64,000 bases of DNA, taken from assembly GCA_032128375.1 (NCBI GenBank), contig JAQBGU010000188.1, positions 16,996 to 80,995 on the forward strand, read 5' to 3'. This DNA comes from Deltaproteobacteria bacterium (lineage in GTDB: Bacteria; Myxococcota_A; UBA9160; SMWR01). Both the position numbers and the translations under genes were made by a program. Shown one piece after another: positions 1 to 9,911 of this stretch. The notes under the pieces are model-generated. The model ran no database searches and was not told the DNA's origin. It saw only the letters and a program-made list of their open reading frames with translations. Numbering within the stretch: the stretch's first letter is position 1; every line of letters begins with the position of its first letter.

Positions 1-26
1 GACAACACCCCTTCAACCGGCAAGCC

Positions 27-1316
27 TTGCGCAAGTCGACTCGAGGCGCGTTGAAGCCTTCGCCGTTGAGCAGGCGGGCCGCGTCCACTCATCTCTTCGG
101 AGATCTGATAACCTCGACATGGCGAAAACGCTACTGGAACTGCCTAGCTCGGGTTGTGGGGAATCTCTTCTTGGGTGCACAAGCGCCGAGTCGTGTGGCG
201 GAGCAAACCTCGGGCGCTTCGCTCGATCTGACCTGGCTGCTGCTGGGAGGGGCTCTGGCGGGCGCCTTCCTGTATCTCCGGTTCAGCGATCTGGCAACGA
301 ATATCGATGAATTCCCAGAGGGCACGGGCGGCTATTTCGCACGCTACGAAGACAGCCCGATCCACTGCAGGTCGATCGAAGACGCACAAGAGTGTCTCGA
401 GGGTCTGGGCGCGCGGGGCGCGAAGAACGCGGCACTGTGGCTCGGCAACTCTCAGCTTCACGCGGTCAACCAGCACCAACGGGGCGAGCGCCACGCCCCG
501 GACCTGCTCGCTCAGAGGCTCCGTGAACGAGGACTCGACCTCTTGACCTTCAGTCAGCCCAACGGAAATGTGCTCGAGCACTTGTTGCTGTTCACCTATC
601 TGCGCCAGCGAATGCCCTTGCGTGTTCTACTGCTTCCAATGGTGTTCAACGCGTTCCGCGAGGGGGGGGTACGCACCTCGATCACCCCCGCCTTCGCAGA
701 CCCGCAGACCGTGACGATTCTTCAGGAACACGAAATCGGCCGGCAACTTCTCGCGGATCACAGCGAAGCCGCAAGCCAGGACTTCGCTGCGTTGAAGCAG
801 ACCGTACAGGAGCGATCGGAGGCAGCCCTGACGAACTGGCTCACCGAGCACTCGGTGCTGTGGCAGCTGCGCCCCGACGCACGAAGTGCGCTCTATCATC
901 TGACGATGGATCTGCGCAACGTCGCTTTCGGCATTACTCCGCAGTCGAAGCGCCACATGATACCGGGCCTCTACGGGCGCAACATGGCGGCGGCGACGGC
1001 GATCCTCGATCAGGCGCGAGACGCCGGTATACGCGTCGTGATGTATATCTGTCCTGTACGGAGCGACATCGAAATCCCATACGTCGACGACGAGTACGCC
1101 CGATTCAAGAAAGAAGTCGAAGAACTCGCGAGTCTCCATGGCGCAATCTTCGTCAATCTCGAAGACCTGGTGCCGGGCTCACAGTGGGGTGCAAAGGGCG
1201 GAGCTCTGGGCGCGTTGGAACTCGATTTCTCACATTTCCGCGCGAAGGGACACGTGCTCTTGGCGGACGCCCTCGGTGACCTGCTGGAAGACGAGGAGCT
1301 CGTAGCCTCGCCTTGA
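27..1316 (+). CDS. SGNH/DltD/AlgX-like putative polysaccharide O-acyltransferase partner protein (5' end uncertain; frame stays open to the window edge)
   Basis: 429-aa ORF with one N-terminal hydrophobic helix (LDLTWLLLGGALAGAFLYL). It has a 'LGNSQ' Ser block and a C-terminal 'DFSHF' D-x-x-H block, as in SGNH-type enzymes. Its stop overlaps the TTG start of the downstream MBOAT gene (TTGA, 1313-1316). Confidence 0.55.
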   Translation: MRKSTRGALKPSPLSRRAASTHLFGDLITSTWRKRYWNCLARVVGNLFLGAQAPSRVAEQTSGASLDLTWLLLGGALAGAFLYLRFSDLATNIDEFPEGTGGYFARYEDSPIHCRSIEDAQECLEGLGARGAKNAALWLGNSQLHAVNQHQRGERHAPDLLAQRLRERGLDLLTFSQPNGNVLEHLLLFTYLRQRMPLRVLLLPMVFNAFREGGVRTSITPAFADPQTVTILQEHEIGRQLLADHSEAASQDFAALKQTVQERSEAALTNWLTEHSVLWQLRPDARSALYHLTMDLRNVAFGITPQSKRHMIPGLYGRNMAAATAILDQARDAGIRVVMYICPVRSDIEIPYVDDEYARFKKEVEELASLHGAIFVNLEDLVPGSQWGAKGGALGALELDFSHFRAKGHVLLADALGDLLEDEELVASP

Positions 1317-2773
1317 TTTTCAACTCCGCCTCATTCCTGCTGTTCGCCGCCATCGTGATCCCGCTTTACTGGGCGCTCCCACGTGGCCCGCGCCTGTGGC
1401 TGATATTTCTGTCCAGCCTGATCTTCTACGGCTTCTGGCGCGTCGAGTTCGTCGCGGTGATGCTGTTTTCGACGGTTACCGACTACGGTTGTGCACGGGG
1501 GATCCACGAGTCCAGCGATCCGCGACGCCGTAAGGCCTACCTTGGGCTGAGTCTGGTCGTCAACCTGGGCCTGCTCTTCTACTTCAAGTACCTGCTGTTC
1601 TTCGCCGACAATGCTGTCGGCTTGATGAACTTGCTGGGTTTCGGTGTCGAGCCGCCTCGGCTGAGCATCGTTCTACCTCTTGGAATCAGCTTCTACACCT
1701 TCCAGACGATCAGCTACACCGTCGACGTCTATCGCGGCTTCATCAAACCAGAGCGCAACTTCATCCTCTACGGCTGCTACGTCATCTACTTTCCTCAGCT
1801 GGTCGCAGGGCCGATCTTGAGGGCGCGAGAGGTCATCCATCAGTTCGACAAACGAAAACGGTTCGAGCTTCAGGAGTTCACACTGGGTCTGCGTCGTCTG
1901 ATCTTCGGGCTGTTCCTCAAGGTTGTATTTGCGGATCACATCGCCCCCCAGGTCGACGTAGGCTTTGCCCAACCGCTCGCGAACATGGGCGCCCTCGATG
2001 TCTGGACGCTGGCGTTCTTGTTCGGCTTCCAGATCTACTTCGACTTCAGCGCTTACTCGCATATCGCCATCGGTTGTGCACGCATGATGGGGATCGCCTT
2101 GCCGGAGAATTTCGACAATCCCTATTTTTCCACTTCGCCTCGCGATTTCTGGAAACGCTGGCACATCTCGCTCTCCAGCTGGATCCGCGACTACCTGTAT
2201 CTGCCTCTGGCCGGGCAGCGAGTGACCGACGATCGGTCGACCGGGGGCTTGGCGCCGGCTCTCGAGGCGTCGGACCGAGACCAGCGCACCCGCGCGCTGT
2301 TCCTGACCTGGGCGATCATGGGGCTGTGGCACGGCGCCAGCTGGACATTCGTGCTCTGGGGCCTGTACCATGCCACGTTCGTCTACGCGCAGCGCCGCGT
2401 CGCGCCCCTGACCCGCGACCTGTCGCCTCGCCTGCAGTCTCTCGGCGGATGGACACTCACACTGCCCTTGATGATGCTGGCGTGGATCTCCTTCCGCGCC
2501 GCAAGTCTCACCGATGCGCTGGCGATGTACGCGAAGGTCCTCGACCCGAGACTCTACCTGCAGCTTGGCCTGCGCGAGAATACCTACCTGCAGGCGGCCG
2601 TCGTGATGCTGTGCGTGCTCCTGTCATGGGTGTTCAAGGAAACGACTCTGCCGCTGATCAGTCGGCATCGGGTGCCTTGGGCGATCGCGAATACGCTGGG
2701 CTTTGCGGTCGCAATCGCGTTGGTGTTCGTCCTGCTACGACCGATCAATCAGTTCATCTACTTCCAGTTCTGA
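1313..2773 (+). CDS. MBOAT-family membrane O-acyltransferase (AlgI/DltB-like)
   Basis: N-terminus MIFNSASFLLF is typical of AlgI-type MBOATs. The protein is multi-TM and has the conserved His region 'FWKRWHISLSSWIRDYLYLPL'. 486 aa. Confidence 0.9.
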   Translation: MIFNSASFLLFAAIVIPLYWALPRGPRLWLIFLSSLIFYGFWRVEFVAVMLFSTVTDYGCARGIHESSDPRRRKAYLGLSLVVNLGLLFYFKYLLFFADNAVGLMNLLGFGVEPPRLSIVLPLGISFYTFQTISYTVDVYRGFIKPERNFILYGCYVIYFPQLVAGPILRAREVIHQFDKRKRFELQEFTLGLRRLIFGLFLKVVFADHIAPQVDVGFAQPLANMGALDVWTLAFLFGFQIYFDFSAYSHIAIGCARMMGIALPENFDNPYFSTSPRDFWKRWHISLSSWIRDYLYLPLAGQRVTDDRSTGGLAPALEASDRDQRTRALFLTWAIMGLWHGASWTFVLWGLYHATFVYAQRRVAPLTRDLSPRLQSLGGWTLTLPLMMLAWISFRAASLTDALAMYAKVLDPRLYLQLGLRENTYLQAAVVMLCVLLSWVFKETTLPLISRHRVPWAIANTLGFAVAIALVFVLLRPINQFIYFQF

Positions 2774-3037
2774 GATACCGACTAGCACCGCTCGAACCTC
2801 TGGCACCTCATGAAGATGAAAGCGACCGAGGTGCCGACCCCGGGATTCTGGCGAGCGCTACCGAGGCACTTACTGGCGGTCTCGCCGTCAGTGGTCTCGA
2901 TCTCGGCAGGCTCAGAGTGTGTGCAGCAGACGCCTCCGAGCCTGCCGCCGGCGCCGACCGGACCCATTCGACACCACCCGGCGTGCGATTTGAACGACCC
3001 ACAATCGGAAGCAGCGTTACTTCTCAGTCAACAGTCC

Positions 3038-3124
3038 CTATTCTCCCATCGTCATTCTCCTATCGTCATTCTCCCATCGTCATTCTCCCATCGTCATTCT
3101 CCTATCGTCATTCTCCTATCGTCA
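3038..3124. repeat. 14-bp head-to-tail tandem repeat ATCGTCATTCTCCY, 5 full copies plus partial copies at both ends
   Basis: Read directly: copies at 3048, 3062, 3076, 3090 and 3104, with last base T,C,C,T,T. It lies in the ~0.7-kb non-coding gap between the MBOAT gene and the Wzy-like gene. Confidence 0.95.
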
Positions 3125-3567
3125 AAGCCCTTTGGGATTCACGGCTTTTCCCTACATGCATGCATGTTCCGTGCTGGCGGGCCGGCATGCGGGGGTAGCA
3201 CCTAACCAGCCAGGAACCTTGCGAATTCGCGAAGTCGGGGAGAGACTTGCGAGGCCGCTCCAACCCACGATACTCGCTGCAGATTGGCTGCAGACGACGA
3301 TCGCTTTCGAAATCGCGCTGCTCTAGCTCGGGGATCGCGGCTCGCCTCCTGCTCGCCGGACCGCCAGGCAGCTTTCAAGAGCCCGCAAAAACGAACCGAA
3401 GAGGGAAGAGCGCGAAAAAAGAGGCTTGCTAGCCGATCCATTTCATGGCGGCGAGCCGGCATGGGCCGGCCAAGGGAGACGCGAAGTTGACGCTGCATGT
3501 ACCGGAAGCCATCGGAGCAGTGTACGCGAGGCCGGACGCCCGCGTGTATCAGCTCGGCGGCGGCGCG

Positions 3568-4914
3568 ATGTTCGTCCTGTGTTTTCTCGTTGCATCGTTT
3601 TCGTACGAGCTTCCACTCGTTTACATCACATCCCGCTACAGACTCAATCCTCGCTTATTCGATGTCGCCGCAGTGGCGCTAATCTTCTACTGGCTCCTAT
3701 TTGGAAACCCACGCGGTTGGCGGGTGAACCTCGGCCACCCGCTATTCAAGCCATGGCTGACCTTGGTCTCGGTCTTCGTGTTCATGGCTGCCGTCACGGT
3801 TCTCTTCGTGCCGCTCGATTTGTTCAGGTACTCAGCCTGGTTCGCGTTTCGCTATGTCCTGGCCAGCATCGTGCTGCTCATCGTGCTCTCCGCGCCACTA
3901 ACCGAAACACAGAAGCGTCGACTTCTATGGGTCGCACTGTTTGGCGGAACCTGGGTGTCCTTCTATGGAATTCTCCAGATCCTCGGCATCGCTTCCGCTA
4001 CGCGAATCCTGCCGAATGGGGATGAAACCGAGGTGGCCATCGGCGCGATCACGTCGACTCTTGGCCCGAGCTACTTCCACGTTGGCCAGTTCGGCATCCT
4101 GTCGGGGATCATCAGCCTGACACTTTTTCGATGCAGCAGCGGATTTCCGCGGACGATTGCCGGAATTCTGGGCCCGTTTACGATGATTCCGGCAGTCGCC
4201 TCGGGCTCACGTGCTGGCTTCGTCGGGCTGCTCATCGCGCTGGCCGTACTCGGAAGCCAACGTGAATATCGAAAATTCTTCACCTCTTTCTTGATGGGCG
4301 GCTTTGTGGCCATCGTTGTGGGATTTGCCTATTCGGGGTCGCTCACCGAGAGCCGAATCACAAGTCATAGCGCCACCACAGAGGCAAAGACCGAGGTGAG
4401 CATTGCGCGAAGTCAACAGTTCATTCGGACCTTTGTGTTGGTCGAAGAGACGGTCGGTCCCAGGCTGTGGGTGCTCGGCGGTGGATTCTACGTGACTCCG
4501 ATCGGGACCAGGCATCGGGTCGGCTACGGAGTACATAACATTTTCTTCTTCCCGCTGGAGCAAGCCGGCGTATTCGGCTTTGCGGCTTCGATCTGGGTTT
4601 GGATCACGTTGTGGAGGGGTCTCCGGCCGCGCAGCAAGCGGCCTCCAGAGAACATGACGGACACCTATCTGCGTGTTGGAATGTTCAGCTATCTCGCAGC
4701 CCTCGCGATCATCGGCTGGGGAGGTCAGATCTTCTGGCTGGGATTCGGGAACGAAAACCTCGGAACCTATCAGTTCTTGTTGTTCGGCCTGGCGATGATG
4801 TCCAGCCGCACTCAGGAAGCCGAGAGCTCAGCCGTGGCCCCCGATGTCTCGATTGAGTTGACGAGCCCCTATTTGCTTTCGAGTCCAGCTGGAGCACTGG
4901 AATCTCGGCTGTGA
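3568..4914 (+). CDS. O-antigen ligase/polymerase (Wzy_C)-like integral membrane protein
   Basis: Many TM segments and a 'ASGSRAGFVGLLIALAVLG' block typical of the O-antigen ligase/Wzy family. The track ORF starts at 3445, but the ATG at 3568 (MFVLCFLV...) removes a non-membrane Arg-rich leader. Confidence 0.7.
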   Translation: MFVLCFLVASFSYELPLVYITSRYRLNPRLFDVAAVALIFYWLLFGNPRGWRVNLGHPLFKPWLTLVSVFVFMAAVTVLFVPLDLFRYSAWFAFRYVLASIVLLIVLSAPLTETQKRRLLWVALFGGTWVSFYGILQILGIASATRILPNGDETEVAIGAITSTLGPSYFHVGQFGILSGIISLTLFRCSSGFPRTIAGILGPFTMIPAVASGSRAGFVGLLIALAVLGSQREYRKFFTSFLMGGFVAIVVGFAYSGSLTESRITSHSATTEAKTEVSIARSQQFIRTFVLVEETVGPRLWVLGGGFYVTPIGTRHRVGYGVHNIFFFPLEQAGVFGFAASIWVWITLWRGLRPRSKRPPENMTDTYLRVGMFSYLAALAIIGWGGQIFWLGFGNENLGTYQFLLFGLAMMSSRTQEAESSAVAPDVSIELTSPYLLSSPAGALESRL

Positions 4915-5069
4915 ATCAGCCCACGGTTGTATCAATCTGTCCACGGATCCGCACGTGCACGATGTGAAGCGATGATCCAGGGCGGGCAAGCCGAGCGCCG
5001 CATGCTGCGCAAGCTGGCCCCTTGTAACACAGACCCAGTATCGCATCGGTCCCGTGCTATACAGAATCA

Positions 5070-6254
5070 GTGAGCACTCCGGTACACGTTCTGACCCTCG
5101 GATACTCGACCGAACTGCTCAAGACCAGAGCAGAAGGAGTCAACGATTCGTTGAATCGGAGGCGGTTCTACGCGAAGCAAATCGACTCCTACACCATCGT
5201 GACACTGACTCGGAACAGCGATGGATTCTCAGAAGGGTGTATCGAGAACATCAGGGTCATCCCGACCAACGGTCGGAACCTGCTGCACGCGCTCTGGCGC
5301 ATGCTCCGGCTGGGGCACCAGGTGTGCAAGGAGAGACGGGTCAGCGTTCTTCAGCTGCAGGAACCGCAGGTAACCGGCCTATTGGGCTACTTGTTGAGCA
5401 GGCGCTTCAATCTTCCCATGAGCATCTGCGTGTTCGGCCCCAACCCCTTCGACGTCCACTGGCGTCGCGCGTCGCTCTTCAATCGGGTGTCGGCACACTG
5501 GGGTCGTTTCGTCCTTCGGCGGGCGGATGCAATCATCACAGACGGCAGTCTGACATTGGAACGCCTGCAACGCTCTGGGCTCCCGCGCGAGCGCTTGCTC
5601 TGGAAGCCAATGATCCCGTCCAACATCGGTGAATTCGCAAAGGCCGAGGGAGGACCGCTACGCGATCACCTGTGCGGCGACGACTTCGAGCACCTCCTGC
5701 TGTCGGTCGGAACCATGTCGATTCAGAAGAACATCCCCTTCATGCTGGACGCACTTCGCCGTGTGCTCGAGAAGGTTCCCCGGGTCCGATTCATCCTGGT
5801 GGGCCGGGGCCGACGCAAACCCGAATACCAGGAATTGGCGCGGCGCCTGGGCCTGGAAGATCACGTATTGTGGCTCGACGCGGTGCCGCATCAGGAGATT
5901 CCCCGCTACTTCAAGGCCGTCGATGTACTCGTCATGGGATCGCGGTTCGAGGGATTTCCGAGGGTGTTGATGGAAGCTGCGGCCTCGGGACTACCCATCG
6001 TCAGCACGGAAGTGAGTGGCTGCACCGACGCGATCGTTCACAATCGCAGCGGTTTCGTGATCGGACAAGGGGACGTCGCTGGGTTCGCGGACCGTGTGAT
6101 AGAGCTGCTCGAGAACCCCCAAAGCGCGGTTGAGATGGGCCGCGAGGGCCAGCAGGTGATGCAACGACTGGCTGGAGAGCGGCTGCGATTCGATCAGTTG
6201 CAGGTGGATGTCTGGAAGAACTTGTCCCTGCGAACAGGAATCGAACTGGAATAA
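5070..6254 (+). CDS. Glycosyltransferase, GT4 (GT-B fold)
   Basis: C-terminal 'GSRFEGFPRVLMEAAASGLPIVSTEVSG' E-x7-E-type GT4 motif. GTG start. 394 aa. Confidence 0.85.
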   Translation: MSTPVHVLTLGYSTELLKTRAEGVNDSLNRRRFYAKQIDSYTIVTLTRNSDGFSEGCIENIRVIPTNGRNLLHALWRMLRLGHQVCKERRVSVLQLQEPQVTGLLGYLLSRRFNLPMSICVFGPNPFDVHWRRASLFNRVSAHWGRFVLRRADAIITDGSLTLERLQRSGLPRERLLWKPMIPSNIGEFAKAEGGPLRDHLCGDDFEHLLLSVGTMSIQKNIPFMLDALRRVLEKVPRVRFILVGRGRRKPEYQELARRLGLEDHVLWLDAVPHQEIPRYFKAVDVLVMGSRFEGFPRVLMEAAASGLPIVSTEVSGCTDAIVHNRSGFVIGQGDVAGFADRVIELLENPQSAVEMGREGQQVMQRLAGERLRFDQLQVDVWKNLSLRTGIELE

Positions 6255-6533
6255 CGGCTGCTTGGCTGCGGCCGATGCGCCCGGCAGCACGCGCTCAGGT
6301 AATCCGTCGCGCGACAGGCATGCGTCCAGCTGCCCGAGACAGGACCCCGTGCTGTCTTTGGCGCCTCACCGCGAGGCTCAATAGAGGCTCCGGCCCCTGC
6401 CGGAAAACTGCGCGTTGCGTGCGCGATTGCTATGGTACGCGCCGTCGCGATTCTGTTGGCACCTGTGTGTCCGATCTGGCAACTCACTCGGGAGCCCTAT
6501 TTTTGGTTCGCAAGTCGGAGATGTTTGACTGAG

Positions 6534-7514
6534 ATGGGACCTGTAAAGCGAATTCTGATCACGGGCGGGGCTGGATTCATCGGCTCTCACCTTTCGGGCC
6601 GTCTGGTGGCCGAAGGCCATGATGTTATTTGCCTGGACAACTTCTTCACTTCCCAAAAGAGCAACATCGCGCACCTGCTCCCGTGTCCGAATTTCGAGCT
6701 GGTCCGTCACGATGTGATCGACCCCATCCTGCTCGAAGTCGACGAGGTCTACAACCTGGCGTGTCCGGCGTCACCGGTCCACTACCAACACAACCCCATC
6801 AAGACCGGGAAGACCTCCGTGATGGGTGCAATCAACATGCTGGGCCTCGCCAAGCGAGTTGGTGGCCGCATCCTCCACGCGTCCACCAGCGAAGTGTACG
6901 GCGACCCCGACGTCCATCCTCAGTCCGAAGACTACCGCGGCAACGTGAATCCCATCGGCGTGCGTTCCTGCTATGACGAAGGCAAGCGCTTCGCCGAGAC
7001 GCTCTTTTTCGATTACCACCGAATGCATGGAGTCGACATTCGTGTGGTGCGCATCTTCAACACGTACGGACCACAGATGCACCCTTATGATGGCCGTGTC
7101 GTCAGCAACTTCATCCTTCAAGCCCTCGGAGACGAGGACATCACCATCTACGGCGATGGTTCCCAGACGCGGAGCTTCGGCTACGTGGATGACCTGATCG
7201 AAGGCCTGCTGGCCATGATGAACAACGACAAGGGCTTCATCGGTCCGGTCAATCTGGGTAATCCCGGAGAGTTCACCATCCTCGAGCTCGCCGAGCTGGT
7301 GATCGAAATGACGAACAGCAAATCGAAGCTCACGACCCTGCCGCTGCCCAGCGACGACCCCGCCCAGCGAAAGCCCGACATCTCGCTTGCGAAGGAGCAG
7401 CTGGGCTGGGAGCCGAAAGTTGCGCTGCGCCAGGGACTCAGGAAAACGATCGAGTATTTCAGCAAGCTCGACTTGAGCCAGTTCCGGCGCCCGACCGAAA
7501 ACACGTTGAAATAG
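6534..7514 (+). CDS. uxs: UDP-glucuronate decarboxylase (UDP-xylose synthase), SDR family
   Basis: '[15 protein letters not shown]...[19 protein letters not shown]...[16 protein letters not shown]...STSEVYGDP...[11 protein letters not shown]' matches the UXS family almost block by block. The ATG at 6534 is preferred over the track start at 6432. Confidence 0.93.
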   Translation: MGPVKRILITGGAGFIGSHLSGRLVAEGHDVICLDNFFTSQKSNIAHLLPCPNFELVRHDVIDPILLEVDEVYNLACPASPVHYQHNPIKTGKTSVMGAINMLGLAKRVGGRILHASTSEVYGDPDVHPQSEDYRGNVNPIGVRSCYDEGKRFAETLFFDYHRMHGVDIRVVRIFNTYGPQMHPYDGRVVSNFILQALGDEDITIYGDGSQTRSFGYVDDLIEGLLAMMNNDKGFIGPVNLGNPGEFTILELAELVIEMTNSKSKLTTLPLPSDDPAQRKPDISLAKEQLGWEPKVALRQGLRKTIEYFSKLDLSQFRRPTENTLK

Positions 7515-7614
7515 GATACTTCGCACTTCGCGACACCAGTTCCCTGCCCTCAAGCGGAACGCCCCGCTGCGCGAGCGGGGATCGGCGCGTCTTGATGCGC
7601 GCAAGGAGATCGAG

Positions 7615-8664
7615 ATGGGGCAGACGCGAGGAAAGGTGATCGTGACCGGTGGTGCCGGATACATCGGCTCGCACACCGTGGTCGAACTGCAAGCCGCCGG
7701 ATTCGCGCCGCTGATCGTCGACAATTTCTCGACTTCGGACGAATCGGTGCTCGAAGGCATTCGCCAGCTGACGGGAGGGGATGTGCCCTGCTATCGCGTC
7801 GATTGCAACGATCGAGATGCCTTCGGAGCAGTCTTCGAAGCCGAGTCGCCGATCTGTGGCACGATTCACTTTGCAGCTAACAAGGCGGTAGGGGAGTCGG
7901 TCGCCAAGCCCTTGAAGTACTACCGAAATAACATCGGCACACTGCTTACATTGTTGGATCTGATGCTGGAATACGAAGCGCCGCACCTGGTGTTTTCGTC
8001 CTCCTGCACGGTCTACGGCCAGCCAGACTCACTCCCGGTGACCGAGAAATCGCCCGTGCTGCCTGCCGAATCACCCTACGGTGCGACGAAGCAGATCTGT
8101 GAGTCGCTCATCGCGGACGTTCTGGCCGCCGGGCAGCCGATCAAGGCGATGCTCCTGCGCTATTTCAATCCCATCGGCGCCCATCCCAGCAGCGTGATCG
8201 GCGAACTGCCGATTGGCACGCCGGAGAACCTCGTTCCCTTCATCACCCAGACTGCGGCCGGACTTCGCGAGCAACTCACGGTATTCGGAGATGACTACGC
8301 CACGGTCGATGGTTCCTGTGTACGCGACTACATCCACGTGGTCGACCTGGCCAAGGCCCATGTGGCTGCACTCGATTGGCTGAACGTCCAACCGTCCGGC
8401 ATGCTCAACGAAACGCTGAACCTTGGATCGGGCCACGGAACCTCGGTGCTCGAAGCGATCGCTGCGTTCGAAGGCGTCAGCGGAGCGAGGCTCAACTACG
8501 TCGTGGGCCCACGACGACCGGGAGACGTGGAGCAGATCTACGCCGAAGTAAAGAAGAGCGAAAGGGTGCTCGGCTGGAAGACCGAGCTCAGTATCGAGGA
8601 CGCCATGCGCGACGCATGGAACTGGCAGCTGGCCTTGGCGAAGCGCGCCAAACGAAGCACCTGA
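7615..8664 (+). CDS. galE: UDP-glucose 4-epimerase
   Basis: 'VIVTGGAGYIGSHTVVEL', 'SSSCTVYG', 'PYGATKQICE' (YxxxK) and 'LRYFNPIGAH' blocks. 349 aa. Confidence 0.92.
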   Translation: MGQTRGKVIVTGGAGYIGSHTVVELQAAGFAPLIVDNFSTSDESVLEGIRQLTGGDVPCYRVDCNDRDAFGAVFEAESPICGTIHFAANKAVGESVAKPLKYYRNNIGTLLTLLDLMLEYEAPHLVFSSSCTVYGQPDSLPVTEKSPVLPAESPYGATKQICESLIADVLAAGQPIKAMLLRYFNPIGAHPSSVIGELPIGTPENLVPFITQTAAGLREQLTVFGDDYATVDGSCVRDYIHVVDLAKAHVAALDWLNVQPSGMLNETLNLGSGHGTSVLEAIAAFEGVSGARLNYVVGPRRPGDVEQIYAEVKKSERVLGWKTELSIEDAMRDAWNWQLALAKRAKRST

Positions 8665-8789
8665 ACCCCTGATTCGGCTACTTCGCCTCGTGTCAACAGA
8701 CCCGCACAAGCCCCAGATCCGGGCGCTCAGTCGACCAGTCGACCGACCAGAATCCGATTGAGCGAGGACTATCGTGGGAAATTCGCCCT

Positions 8790-9911
8790 CTAGCGCAGCG
8801 CTACGAACTCGCTGATCGCCTGGGCGACGTGGCAAATCTGCGCGTCGTTCAACTCGGGGTCTATCGGTAGAGCCAGCGTCTCGGCCGCTGCGCGCTCTGA
8901 CTCTGGAAAATCTCCGGTGCTGTAGCCGAGCGCCGCGAAGCATTCCTGCTGATGCAGGCTCAGTGGGTAGTAGATCGCCGAACCTACGCCGCGTTCACCC
9001 AGGAATTTCTGGCAGGCGTCTCGGTGCGGGACGCGAACTACGTACTGGTTGTAGATACTCTCGTTGTGCGGACGCACGGCTGGCGTCACGACGCCTTCGA
9101 TATTCGCGAGCAGCGCGTCGTAGCGGGCGGCGTTTGCACGTCGCGCCTCGTGCCAACCATCGAGGTACCTGAGCTTGACGATGAGCGCTGCGGCTTGCAG
9201 CGTATCCAGCCGGAAATTCCCGCCGACCCAGGCGTGATAGTACTTGGGCGACGAACCGTGATTTCGGCACTGGAGCAGTCGGGCGCCCAGCTGCTCATCC
9301 TGCGTAACCACCAGACCGGCGTCGCCTAACGCGCCGAGGTTCTTTGACGGAAAGAAGCTGAAACAACCGATGTTGCCAATCGAACCGGCGCTGCGGCCGC
9401 GGTAGCGCGCACCGAGGGCCTGTGCGGCGTCTTCGATTACCGCGAGATCGTGACGAGCAGCCATCTCCAGGATGGGATCCATATCTGCGGTCTGCCCGAA
9501 CAGATGGACCGGTATGATGGCTTTCGTCCGTTCGGTGATGGCGGCTTCGATCATACTGGCATCGATGTTGAAAGTATCGGGCTCGATGTCGACGAATACG
9601 GGTTTCGCGCCCACCCGCCAGATACTGCCAGCGGTCGCAAAGAACGTGTATGGCGTCGTGATGACCTCATCGCCGGCTCCGATATCGAGCGCCATCAAAC
9701 TGGCGATCAGCGCATCGGTGCCGCTCGACACGCCGACTGCGGTCGCACAATCGGTGTACTGTGCGATCTGTTTTTCGAACTCGAGAACCTCCGGACCGTT
9801 GATGAACTGCTGGCTTTCAATCACGGATTCGATGGCCGGCATCAGCTCGTCGCGGATCGACTCGAACTGAGCAGCCAGGTCCAGCAGCGGCACCTTCATC
9901 TCGACGCTCAT
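8790..9911 (-). CDS. DegT/DnrJ/EryC1-family PLP aminotransferase (WbpE/WlbC-like sugar 3-aminotransferase)
   Basis: 'VPLLDLAAQFESIRDEL...FINGPEV..FE...GVSSGTDAL...FSFFPSKNLGALGDAG' family blocks. The ATG at 9911 overlaps the TGA of the upstream gene (ATGA). Confidence 0.9.
   Translation of the reverse strand: MSVEMKVPLLDLAAQFESIRDELMPAIESVIESQQFINGPEVLEFEKQIAQYTDCATAVGVSSGTDALIASLMALDIGAGDEVITTPYTFFATAGSIWRVGAKPVFVDIEPDTFNIDASMIEAAITERTKAIIPVHLFGQTADMDPILEMAARHDLAVIEDAAQALGARYRGRSAGSIGNIGCFSFFPSKNLGALGDAGLVVTQDEQLGARLLQCRNHGSSPKYYHAWVGGNFRLDTLQAAALIVKLRYLDGWHEARRANAARYDALLANIEGVVTPAVRPHNESIYNQYVVRVPHRDACQKFLGERGVGSAIYYPLSLHQQECFAALGYSTGDFPESERAAAETLALPIDPELNDAQICHVAQAISEFVALR

Noticed and set aside
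2960-3010. tRNA / tRNA-Sec-like 'GTTCAAATC' and 'GTCGAATGG' strings on the minus strand
   Set aside because: I could not build an acceptor stem, anticodon stem or T-arm around them. The flanking bases do not pair into a cloverleaf.
3038-3124. Possible CRISPR array
   Set aside because: The units are 14 bp, directly abutting with no spacers, and no cas genes are present. It is a simple tandem repeat.
2074-3198. 374-aa plus-strand ORF with a striking periodic peptide (SPIVILPSSFSYRH repeated)
   Set aside because: It overlaps the MBOAT gene out of frame, is Arg/Pro/Ala-rich as GC-rich shadow ORFs are, and its periodicity is only the 14-bp DNA repeat read through three units (42 nt).
6457-6472. 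Sigma-54-like TGGCAC upstream of the UDP-glucuronate decarboxylase gene
   Set aside because: The -12 element is wrong: TGGCAC-CTGTG-TGTCC instead of TGGCAC-N5-TTGC. It is a single hexamer match only.
6771-7760. Long antisense ORFs opposite well-supported genes (also 8071-8943, 10906-11859, 29680-30588, 30243-31178, 45042-46169, 56661-57932)
   Set aside because: They lie opposite genes with strong family motifs, have Arg/Pro/Gly-skewed composition and no recognisable domains. This is the expected shadow-ORF behaviour in GC-rich DNA.
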